Source: a virus (Duplodnaviria > Caudoviricetes). From it: 58,265 bases of DNA. Made by a program: the position numbers and the translations under genes. This document shows positions 8,630-16,434 of this stretch, in pieces (the stretch's first letter is position 1; every line of letters starts with the position of its first letter). The DNA lies in IMG/VR virus record IMGVR_UViG_3300022179_000289, positions 1 through 58,265 of that record. One strand, written 5' to 3'. The notes under the pieces are model-generated. The model was not told where the DNA came from and made no database searches. It saw only the letters and a list, made by a program, of their open reading frames with translations.

Positions 8630-9127
8630 ATGAAGAAGAACAAAGCAGCAGGGATTATGAAACTGTTGAAGCAGGGCTATGCCGCTAGGGAAATCAAAGA
8701 CCGTATGGCAGTGAGCGAAAGCTACATCTATGCGGTTAAGAAGCAGATGGCGGCACTCGCAGCCTTGCAGGGTAAGGGTAAGGAGCGGGTAGTAGGCACA
8801 GCGGAACGTAAGGTTCCCGGCGGTCCCGCTACGATGATACGACCTACTACGGAGGACAGGGTTAATAGAATCCTCGATGAACGCGGAAGTCGGTACGGTA
8901 ACTTCCTCGACCATGCCACAATCACCTATAAACTCAAAGAAGTGGCGCGTAACTTCGCTGAAGAGAAGGGCAAGACGTTCGCCGTGGACCAATGCGAAGC
9001 GATGGATATGATTTTCCATAAGATTGGGCGCATCTTAAATGGTGACCCGAACTACGCTGATAGCTGGATTGATATTGCTGGCTATGCTAAGCTGGTAGCT
9101 GATCGCCTAGAAGGAAAAGTCCGATAA
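8630..9127 (+). CDS. conserved phage protein (DUF6378-like C-terminus, N-terminal HTH)
   Basis: ERGSRYG...KIGRI...DSWIDIAGYA; N-terminal HTH-like segment. Confidence 0.7.
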   Translation: MKKNKAAGIMKLLKQGYAAREIKDRMAVSESYIYAVKKQMAALAALQGKGKERVVGTAERKVPGGPATMIRPTTEDRVNRILDERGSRYGNFLDHATITYKLKEVARNFAEEKGKTFAVDQCEAMDMIFHKIGRILNGDPNYADSWIDIAGYAKLVADRLEGKVR

Positions 9128-9128
9128 C

Positions 9129-9800
9129 ATGACAGCTTGGTCGTACAGCAGTATCAAAACATTCGAGCAATGCCCGAAGAAGTATTTCCACCTCAAGATA
9201 GCTAAGGACGTCAAGGACGAACCCGGCGAGGCGGCTGAATACGGTACTGCTGTACACCTAGCGGCTGAAGAGTTCATTCGAGATGGCAAGCCCATCCCTG
9301 AGAAGTTTGCCTTCATGCGCCCCATCGTGGAACCGCTGGCTGCTAAGCAAGGGGAGAAGCACACCGAGTTACGGCTAGGTGTAGCCAAGACGGATACTGG
9401 CTTTGCCCCTACGACATTCTTCGCCAAGGATGTCTGGTATCGGGGCATCGTGGACTTGCTGATTGTCGATGGAACCAAGGGCTGGATGATCGACTACAAG
9501 ACTGGCAAGAACGCGAAGTATGCGGACATGAAGCAGCTTGACCTGATGGCAGGTGCGCTCTTTATTAAGCACCCTGAGTTGGAAACCATCAAGTCAGCAC
9601 TAGCCTACGTGGTCAGTCAAGAGTTCCCGAAGAAGACCCACAAGCGGGAGCACCTCGATAAATATATGTCCGTGTTCGACGATCAGCTTTATAACCTCGA
9701 CGCCGCTATGGAGAATGGTGTATTCAACCCCAAATCAGGGCCGCTTTGCGGATGGTGCCCCGTCACCTCCTGCGAACATTGGAAACCACGGAGGAAGTGA
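9129..9800 (+). CDS. PD-(D/E)XK exonuclease, Cas4/AddB-like with four Cys
   Basis: SYS..CP, GTAVH, GIVD, IDYKTG, QL..MA, C-terminal CGWCPVTSC. Confidence 0.88.
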   Translation: MTAWSYSSIKTFEQCPKKYFHLKIAKDVKDEPGEAAEYGTAVHLAAEEFIRDGKPIPEKFAFMRPIVEPLAAKQGEKHTELRLGVAKTDTGFAPTTFFAKDVWYRGIVDLLIVDGTKGWMIDYKTGKNAKYADMKQLDLMAGALFIKHPELETIKSALAYVVSQEFPKKTHKREHLDKYMSVFDDQLYNLDAAMENGVFNPKSGPLCGWCPVTSCEHWKPRRK

Positions 9801-10081
9801 TGGCTAGGGATTACCGCAAAGAATACGATACATACCAAGGTACCGCACAGCAGAAGAAGAACCGCGCTGTACGCAACGCAGCCCGTGCCAAGATGGCGAA
9901 GGCGGGTAAAGCCAAGAAGGGTGACGGCAAGGATGTCGGCCACGTCGTGGCGCTCGACAAGGGCGGTAGCAACAAGACTGGCCTACGCATGGTCAGCAAG
10001 TCAGCCAACCGATCCTTCGACCGAGACGCCAAGAAGAACCTGATTTCGGAAACAAGTCCACGAGAACGCAAAAAGAAATAA
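9800..10081 (+). CDS. small basic HNH-like endonuclease
   Basis: DGKDVGH...KGGSN...LRMVSKSANRS resembles a beta-beta-alpha-Me motif; start ATG 9800 (TGATG). Confidence 0.65.
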   Translation: MARDYRKEYDTYQGTAQQKKNRAVRNAARAKMAKAGKAKKGDGKDVGHVVALDKGGSNKTGLRMVSKSANRSFDRDAKKNLISETSPRERKKK

Positions 10082-10101
10082 GCGTACCAAGGAGCAAGCT
10101 G

Positions 10102-11646
10102 GTGCAAATCGTTGAAAACAAAGCGTTACTCATTAACGCACAAGACCCGTGCCTCATTACAGACAACATCCACAAGAGCGCAGAAGTAGCCGAAGGCGTG
10201 GTTGTCAAATGGGGACATAATGAAACGGAAATCCTAGCGCAGCTTGGCTTCGCAGATACCCCCTCGCCTATGCTCAAGTCCTACCAGTGGACGGGTAAGT
10301 TCGAGCCGTTCAAGCACCAGAAGACCACGGCGTCATTCCTATCTATCCGCAAGCGGGCGTTCTGCTTCAACGAGCAGGGCACAGGCAAGACAGCCAGCGT
10401 GATTTGGGCAGCCGACTACCTCATGAAGAAGGGCTTGGTGAAGCGCGTGCTGGTACTATGCCCCCTGTCGATCATGAAGTCGGCGTGGCAGCAGGACCTG
10501 TTCAAGTTTGCTATGCACCGTTCGTGTAGCGTAGCGCATGGTGCAGCCAAGCAGCGGGAGAAGATCATTAACTCTGGGGCTGACTTCGTCATCCTTAACT
10601 TTGATGGGCTGGCTGTGGTCAAGGACACAATCGCCAAGGGTGGTTTCGACCTTATCGTGATTGACGAGGCCAACGCCTACAAGAACCCAACGACCAACCG
10701 CTGGAAGATATTGAACCGCTTGGTGCGCGACACCGACCCACGCCTGTGGATGTTGACTGGTACGCCAGCGGCGCAGTCTCCGGTGGATGCCTATGGTCTG
10801 GCCCGTATGATGGACCTGCCGGGATGTCCCAAATATTATGGCGTCTTCCGTGACAGCGTGATGCGCAAGGTGACCCAGTTTAAGTGGACGCCGAAGAGCA
10901 ACGCGCAGGCAATCGTCCATAAGGTGTTGCAGCCAGCCATCCGGTTCGAGAAGAAGGATTGCTTGGACCTACCGTCCGTAACGCACATCGAGCGCGAAGC
11001 GCCCCTCACCCCGCAGCAGCGCAAATATTATAACGAGCTTAAGAACCAGTTGCTGTTCGAAGCCAGTGGCGAGGAGGTCAGCGCGGTCAACGCTGCGACC
11101 AAACTTAACAAGCTGCTCCAGATTAGCGGAGGTGCAGTCTATACGGATAATGGTGAGGTACTTGAGTTCGACGTATCCAACCGCCTGAACGTGGTGTTGG
11201 AAGTCATCGAGGAAGCCAGCCATAAGGTGCTGGTCTTCATACCGTTCACCCACACCATCGAGCTTCTGCGCGCCCGTCTGGAGAAAGAAGGCATCACGTG
11301 CGATGTCATCAACGGCAAGGTACCAGTCAACAAGCGCAGCGATATCGTCGATAAGTTCCAGCGTGAGCCAAACCCACGCGTCCTACTCATTCAGCCCAAG
11401 GCAGCAAGCCACGGCCTGACCCTGACGGCAGCCGACACCATCATCTGGTACGCACCCACAACGAGCGTGGAAACCTATCTACAGGCAAATGCCCGTATCG
11501 ACCGTGCGGGGCAGAAGAACGCCATGACCGTGGTGCACATCAAGGGCAGCCCTGTAGAAGAGAAGCTTTACAGCATGTTGCAGGGCAACATCGACAACCA
11601 CCAGAAAATTATCGACTTATACAAACAAGAACTTGACACTGTATAG
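10102..11646 (+). CDS. SNF2-family superfamily 2 helicase
   Basis: QGTGKT, VIDEAN, LTGTP, HGLTL, QANARIDRAGQ. Confidence 0.93.
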   Translation: MQIVENKALLINAQDPCLITDNIHKSAEVAEGVVVKWGHNETEILAQLGFADTPSPMLKSYQWTGKFEPFKHQKTTASFLSIRKRAFCFNEQGTGKTASVIWAADYLMKKGLVKRVLVLCPLSIMKSAWQQDLFKFAMHRSCSVAHGAAKQREKIINSGADFVILNFDGLAVVKDTIAKGGFDLIVIDEANAYKNPTTNRWKILNRLVRDTDPRLWMLTGTPAAQSPVDAYGLARMMDLPGCPKYYGVFRDSVMRKVTQFKWTPKSNAQAIVHKVLQPAIRFEKKDCLDLPSVTHIEREAPLTPQQRKYYNELKNQLLFEASGEEVSAVNAATKLNKLLQISGGAVYTDNGEVLEFDVSNRLNVVLEVIEEASHKVLVFIPFTHTIELLRARLEKEGITCDVINGKVPVNKRSDIVDKFQREPNPRVLLIQPKAASHGLTLTAADTIIWYAPTTSVETYLQANARIDRAGQKNAMTVVHIKGSPVEEKLYSMLQGNIDNHQKIIDLYKQELDTV

Positions 11647-11661
11647 TCACCCTCGTAAGCA
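11632..11661 (+). promoter_or_regulatory. putative promoter/operator P3
   Basis: TTGACA 11633-11638 then CTGTATAG (same extended motif as P1 and P2); weak -10 TAAGCA at 17 nt. Confidence 0.6.
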
Positions 11662-11685
11662 GGGGGAATAACGAAGGAGCAAACC

Positions 11686-12090
11686 ATGACTGATAAGATA
11701 CCCGTAGAGAAGCTCGTTGCTGCGTACCGCAAAATCCGTGCGGCCATCGCAGAGGAGGAAGAAGCATTCGAAGCTAAGGTCGCTGGCCTTAAGGAAAATC
11801 TGGAGCTTGTATCCAAGGAGCTTCTGGACTTCTGCAACGACCAGAACATTGACAGCATTCGCACACCTGCTGGCACCCTATCAAGGCGCGTTCAGTCCCG
11901 ATACTGGACGACTGACTGGGAGCAGATGTACAAGTTTATTGAAGAGCATAACGTGCCGTTTCTACTTGAGAAGCGCCTGCACAATGGTAACGTGAAGCAG
12001 TTTTTGGAGGAGAATCCGGACGTCCTCCCGGTCGGTCTACAGGTCGATAACAAGTATGTAGTCCACGTCCGCAAACCGACAGAGAAGTAA
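11686..12090 (+). CDS. conserved replication-module protein, coiled-coil N-terminus
   Basis: 134-aa ORF with strong RBS, between helicase and SSB-like gene. Confidence 0.8.
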   Translation: MTDKIPVEKLVAAYRKIRAAIAEEEEAFEAKVAGLKENLELVSKELLDFCNDQNIDSIRTPAGTLSRRVQSRYWTTDWEQMYKFIEEHNVPFLLEKRLHNGNVKQFLEENPDVLPVGLQVDNKYVVHVRKPTEK

Positions 12091-12100
12091 GGAGCAAACT

Positions 12101-12127
12101 ATGACCAAGGAGAAACCAAATGAATGA
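12101..12127 (+). CDS. putative 8-aa leader ORF MTKEKPNE
   Basis: ATG directly after AAGGAGCAAACT; stop overlaps the first codons of the next gene. Confidence 0.4.
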   Translation: MTKEKPNE

Positions 12128-13037
12128 GATAACTATTTTTGACCAGCCCACTGAGGGCGGCTTCGTTCGGCGTGAGTCGGGCCGCTTGGACCGCATGGGT
12201 GGTAGCGGCATCACATCGCGCCGTATCAAGATCAGCAACGGACGCGTCTTCAAGCGCGTCGTGAATGGCGAAGAGATTGGTAAGGCTGTTGACAAGCAGC
12301 TTGATGTCATCATCGTCGATTGGCTGCTTGAGCCATCACGCAAGTTCTATGCTGGTGCTTATGATAAGAACGCCAAGGCAACGCTACCTGACTGCTGGTC
12401 GAACGACGGTATTAAACCGGAAGCATCAGCCAAGGCTCCGCAGGCTAAGACCTGCATGGAATGCCCCAAGAACGTGAAGGGTTCCGGTTCCAACGGTCAG
12501 GGTAAAGCTTGCCGCTATGAGCGTCGTCTGGCTGTCCTCGTTGCTGGTGATCCATCGGGCGATGTCTACCAGATCACGGTCCCCGGCGGGTCTTTGTTTA
12601 GTAACAACAACGGCAATCTTTATGGGTTCGAGGGTTATAAGAAATTCCTTCTGGCCAATAACGCAGCACCCGATACAGTCATAACGAGCCTTATCTATGA
12701 CCCTGAAACCGACACTGCCAAGCTGTGGTTCAAGGCAGCGAGCTTTTTGAACGCGCAGCAAGCTGCTGCTGTGGATGTTGCGCAGAAGGACCCTACCACA
12801 GACCGCTTACTCAAGCTGACGGCTGCGGCTGTGGATGGGGCCAAGGCTATTGCTGCTGCTGTTGCTGAACCTGTGGCTGCCATCGCACCGCCCACTGCGT
12901 CGGTTAACCCCTTCGGTGACGACGACGATGAGGACGAAGTTCCCGTTAAGCGCGCTGCCAAGAAGGAAACCCCCGCTGCTCCCAAGGCTGAACTGAATGA
13001 AGTTCTTGGTGACTGGCTCGATGAGGATGAGGATTAA
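12120..13037 (+). CDS. putative single-stranded DNA-binding protein
   Basis: Replication-module position, beta-rich core with Cys cluster, Ala/Pro linker, acidic tail DWLDEDED. Confidence 0.65.
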   Translation: MNEITIFDQPTEGGFVRRESGRLDRMGGSGITSRRIKISNGRVFKRVVNGEEIGKAVDKQLDVIIVDWLLEPSRKFYAGAYDKNAKATLPDCWSNDGIKPEASAKAPQAKTCMECPKNVKGSGSNGQGKACRYERRLAVLVAGDPSGDVYQITVPGGSLFSNNNGNLYGFEGYKKFLLANNAAPDTVITSLIYDPETDTAKLWFKAASFLNAQQAAAVDVAQKDPTTDRLLKLTAAAVDGAKAIAAAVAEPVAAIAPPTASVNPFGDDDDEDEVPVKRAAKKETPAAPKAELNEVLGDWLDEDED

Positions 13038-13040
13038 GCC

Positions 13041-13280
13041 ATGCAAGGTTACACCATCCGTGTAGCCGAGGCGACTAATAACGCTGACGGTAGCCTCGTG
13101 GGAGTCCAGCTTGGACGCTTGTGTATCAAGCACGACATCTCGGTGTCGCAAGTGGCTCGTGACCTCGGGGTTACCCGTCAGACGATTTATAGTTGGTTTA
13201 GTGGAAGGTCCGAGCCGCAGGCGTATTACGCTACGTCTGTGCGCCGGATGCTCGAAGAGCTTACACAAGCCAACACCTGA
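13041..13280 (+). CDS. Cro/XRE-family HTH regulator
   Basis: ISVSQVARDLGVTRQTIYSWFSGRSEP. Confidence 0.85.
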   Translation: MQGYTIRVAEATNNADGSLVGVQLGRLCIKHDISVSQVARDLGVTRQTIYSWFSGRSEPQAYYATSVRRMLEELTQANT

Positions 13281-13336
13281 CCCTCGGTACAATTATAAAT
13301 TATTAGCGAGCGCTGCTCGCAACGGAGAAGATTTCG

Positions 13337-16177
13337 ATGGAGAACGTAGACCTCCTAGACTTTGTACAGCCAGCCACTGGTTGGTTCGCTGTACTTGGTA
13401 TTAAGGGGCCACGTGACGTCCGACAGGAGCTAGTTTCCACACGAAGGGAAGTTGACGAACTGGTAGAGCGATATGTCGCAGAAGGCCGCAATGTCTTCTT
13501 CGGTGTAGCCAAGTACGCAACGGGGGATAACCGCACCAAGGAAAACGTCAGAGCGCTTAAGGCTTTCTGGCTGGATATTGATTGTGGGGAAGCCAAGGCA
13601 CAGGTCAATCCGGAGACGGGTAGGCCGGATGGGTATATCAATCAGGCCGCTGGTTTGCAGGCACTTAAAGAGTTTTGTGCTGTCGTTGGGCTACCAAAGC
13701 CCACGCTGGTCAACTCAGGTGGTGGGCTGCATGTTTACTGGCCGCTGGAAGAAGAGATCACGCGGGCCGAATGGGAGCCTGTAGCTGAACGATTCAAGGA
13801 TATATGCCGTACCCAGAACTTCTATGTGGACGACAAGGTGTTTGAGGTAGCGCGTATCTTGCGCATACCGGGCACTTATAACTTCAAGGAGGAAACGCCA
13901 CGGCCCGTAAGCATAATAGCGGCTGGCAAGCCAACAACGCTGGATGATTTCCGGCGCATACTCGGCGTGGTGGATAAGCCCAAGCGGTCTATCTTCGACG
14001 ACAACTATGAGGCCAGTCCTCGCGAACTCGCGATGTACAACGGCATTGGCTACAGCTTTAAACGTATCATGCAGCGCACGGCCAAGGGGGACGGGTGCAA
14101 CCAGCTTCTCCACGCCTATAAGAACCGATCCACGATTGGCTATTACGAGTGGTTCTATGCGCTGTCCGTGGCTGCGATGTGCGAGGATGCTGACAAGGCT
14201 GTCCACATGATGTCGGATGGTTATCCAGACTATGACCCAGATACGGTTGAGAGCAAGGTAGCTACCATCCGGAAGGCGACTAGCTGTGCCAAGTTCAAGA
14301 GCGTCAACCCAGAGCTATGCGAGGGCTGCCCACACTTTGGTAAGATCATGGGGCCAAAGGACTTAGGTAGGCAGATCAAGGAAGCCACGAACGACATAGT
14401 CGAGGTGGAAACCGAGGAGGGCGAAGTAGAAGCCTTCACCGTGCCGAAATATCCCAAGCCTTATTACAGGGGCGACGGAGGCGGTATCTGGTGGGAGCCG
14501 AGCAAGAAGGCCGAAGACGATGAGGCTATGCCAGTACAGGTCTATGAGTACGACCTCTATCCGGTGAAGATCATGGATGATAGTATAGATGGCAACGTCG
14601 TGCTGTTTCGTTTGCACCTTCCCCATAACAACACGAAGGAATTTATTTCCCCGCTCAAGCACGTGCTTGACCCAACGGAACTACGTAAGGTGCTCAGTTC
14701 TAAGGGCGTCATCAGCACTGGTAAAAAGCAGGCACACCTGTTGGAGTTCACGGCACTTATGCTCAAAGACCTCCAGATCAAATATAAGGAGCAAATCATG
14801 CGTCAGCAGTTCGGCTGGGCCGACAACAGCAGTAAATTCATCATCGGCAGCCAAGAGATCAGCGTCGATGGGATTGCCTATTCACCACCATCCAAGACCA
14901 CGAGACCGCTTGCCAAATTCATGGGGCCAGTTGGCTCGTTCGAACGCTGGAAGGAAATCTGGGCGCTATATAACACACCGGGCCTCGAACCTCATGCCTT
15001 TGCCGCGCTCAGTGCCTTTGGGTCACCGCTGCTCAGGTTCCTCGAACAGACAGGGGCGGTTATCAACCTGTTCAATGCTCGTTCCGGTACTGGTAAATCC
15101 ACGATCCTTAATATGGTGAACAGCGTCTATGGGCATCCCAAGGAACTGCGCTTGAAGCAGAATGACACGCTCAATGGGCGCTTGCAGTGGGTCGGTATAC
15201 TTAACAACATCCCGCCGACGATGGACGAACTGACCAACATGGGTCCGCTGGAATATTCGGATTTCCTCTACGCCCTGTCGAACGGTAAGGGTAAGGAGCG
15301 CATGCAGGCTGGTACCAACGAGCTTCGTGAGAACAATACCACATGGCAGAGCATCACGGTGGCTACATCCAACGCTTCGTTTGCGGAGAAGCTCTCGGTC
15401 ATCAAGAACAACCCAGAAGGCGAACTCATGCGCCTGATTGAGTACCCCATCAATAAGGTCGAGGCGCTTAACACGGCTGGGGCCAAGCAGATGTTCGACC
15501 GTGACCTGTTTCACAACTATGGCCATGCTGGGGTGCATTTCACGCGGTATGTGCTTGAGAATATGGAGCGCGTCCAGCGCAGGTGTAACAACCTGCAAGA
15601 GAAAATCGACAGGGAACTTCAGCTTGAGCCGAAGGAACGCTTCTGGTCTGCAACGACAGCAGCCAACATCGCAGGCGGTCTTGTGGCTAACGAGTGTGGG
15701 ATCATGGACTGGGATATGGACCGCGTCTACTTGTATGCGTGTGGCTTGATTGACGACCTACGTAAGAACGGCGTGACCCCAGTGGACAACGTGCGTCAGA
15801 CGGTGGCTGACTATCTGTACCGCAACATCCAGAACATTCTCGTGGTCAACGGGGAAGTGGACCGTCGGACCAATATGCAGGCCGCACCGTTGCGCGAACC
15901 GAAGGGTGAGTTGCTGATTCGCATCGAGCCGGACACCAAGCGCATGTTCATCATCGCCAAGTCGTTCAAGGACTACTGCGTCAAGTTCCAGCTTAACTAC
16001 AACGAAACCGTCAAGAAGCTGGAGACGGAGGGGCGCATCATCGAGAAGAAACCCATCCGGCTGTCCAAGGGGACGGCGATTAGCGGGGAACCAATCCATT
16101 GCCTGTGGTTCAAGATTGACGACGATTTCGTAGATACCACGCAGTACGAAGAGGCTGGAAAGGTCGATGCTGATTGA
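13337..16177 (+). CDS. primase-helicase (AEP/RepB-like primase, Cys cluster, DUF927-type region and P-loop ATPase)
   Basis: WLDID, NSGGGLHVYW, RILRIPGTYN; C...CEGCPH; FGW; SGTGKST Walker A, MDE Walker B. Confidence 0.88.
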   Translation: MENVDLLDFVQPATGWFAVLGIKGPRDVRQELVSTRREVDELVERYVAEGRNVFFGVAKYATGDNRTKENVRALKAFWLDIDCGEAKAQVNPETGRPDGYINQAAGLQALKEFCAVVGLPKPTLVNSGGGLHVYWPLEEEITRAEWEPVAERFKDICRTQNFYVDDKVFEVARILRIPGTYNFKEETPRPVSIIAAGKPTTLDDFRRILGVVDKPKRSIFDDNYEASPRELAMYNGIGYSFKRIMQRTAKGDGCNQLLHAYKNRSTIGYYEWFYALSVAAMCEDADKAVHMMSDGYPDYDPDTVESKVATIRKATSCAKFKSVNPELCEGCPHFGKIMGPKDLGRQIKEATNDIVEVETEEGEVEAFTVPKYPKPYYRGDGGGIWWEPSKKAEDDEAMPVQVYEYDLYPVKIMDDSIDGNVVLFRLHLPHNNTKEFISPLKHVLDPTELRKVLSSKGVISTGKKQAHLLEFTALMLKDLQIKYKEQIMRQQFGWADNSSKFIIGSQEISVDGIAYSPPSKTTRPLAKFMGPVGSFERWKEIWALYNTPGLEPHAFAALSAFGSPLLRFLEQTGAVINLFNARSGTGKSTILNMVNSVYGHPKELRLKQNDTLNGRLQWVGILNNIPPTMDELTNMGPLEYSDFLYALSNGKGKERMQAGTNELRENNTTWQSITVATSNASFAEKLSVIKNNPEGELMRLIEYPINKVEALNTAGAKQMFDRDLFHNYGHAGVHFTRYVLENMERVQRRCNNLQEKIDRELQLEPKERFWSATTAANIAGGLVANECGIMDWDMDRVYLYACGLIDDLRKNGVTPVDNVRQTVADYLYRNIQNILVVNGEVDRRTNMQAAPLREPKGELLIRIEPDTKRMFIIAKSFKDYCVKFQLNYNETVKKLETEGRIIEKKPIRLSKGTAISGEPIHCLWFKIDDDFVDTTQYEEAGKVDAD

Positions 16178-16361
16178 GGGCGTAACCTATGAAATTAACT
16201 GGCGGGGGTTCAAAAAAGGGACCTCCGTCTTCTTCCCGTGCTTGGATTCAGATCGCGCCAAAGCACAACTAATGGTGGTCACCGAGCGCCTGAGAGTCAA
16301 GGTATTGACGAAAGAGGTCATCGAAGAGGGAATTAGGGGTTTACGCGTCTGGCGGATGTGA
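16167..16361 (+). CDS. hypothetical protein, last gene of the early arm
   Basis: 64-aa ORF overlapping the primase stop; ends GLRVWRM. Confidence 0.75.
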   Translation: MLIEGVTYEINWRGFKKGTSVFFPCLDSDRAKAQLMVVTERLRVKVLTKEVIEEGIRGLRVWRM

Positions 16362-16368
16362 GTATATA
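16340..16368 (+). promoter_or_regulatory. putative promoter for the small RNA
   Basis: TTTACG 16340-16345, 17-nt spacer, TATATA 16363-16368; no ORF downstream on this strand. Confidence 0.6.
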
Positions 16369-16374
16369 GCCCGG

Positions 16375-16434
16375 GACAGTTTGCTCCTGTCGCTTGATCT
16401 GAGACCCCGCTGGCCCTCCCGGCGGGGTCTTTTT
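16375..16434 (+). ncRNA. candidate trans-acting anti-RBS small RNA (~60 nt)
   Basis: Hairpin GACAG-TTTGCTC-CTGTC; 16377-16388 is the reverse complement of AGGAGCAAACTG; flanked by a promoter and an intrinsic terminator. Confidence 0.65.
16402..16434 (+). terminator. intrinsic terminator at the convergence of both arms
   Basis: AGACCCCGCTGG-CCCTC-CCGGCGGGGTCT then TTTT. Confidence 0.9.

Noticed and set aside
9129-9800. Cas4-like gene as evidence of a CRISPR-Cas system
   Set aside because: A solo replication-module exonuclease; no cas1, cas2 or array.
13281-13336. AT-rich patch and GCGAGC/GCTCGC hairpin before the primase as a replication origin
   Set aside because: Too short and no iterons; cannot be told apart from a leader hairpin or weak promoter.
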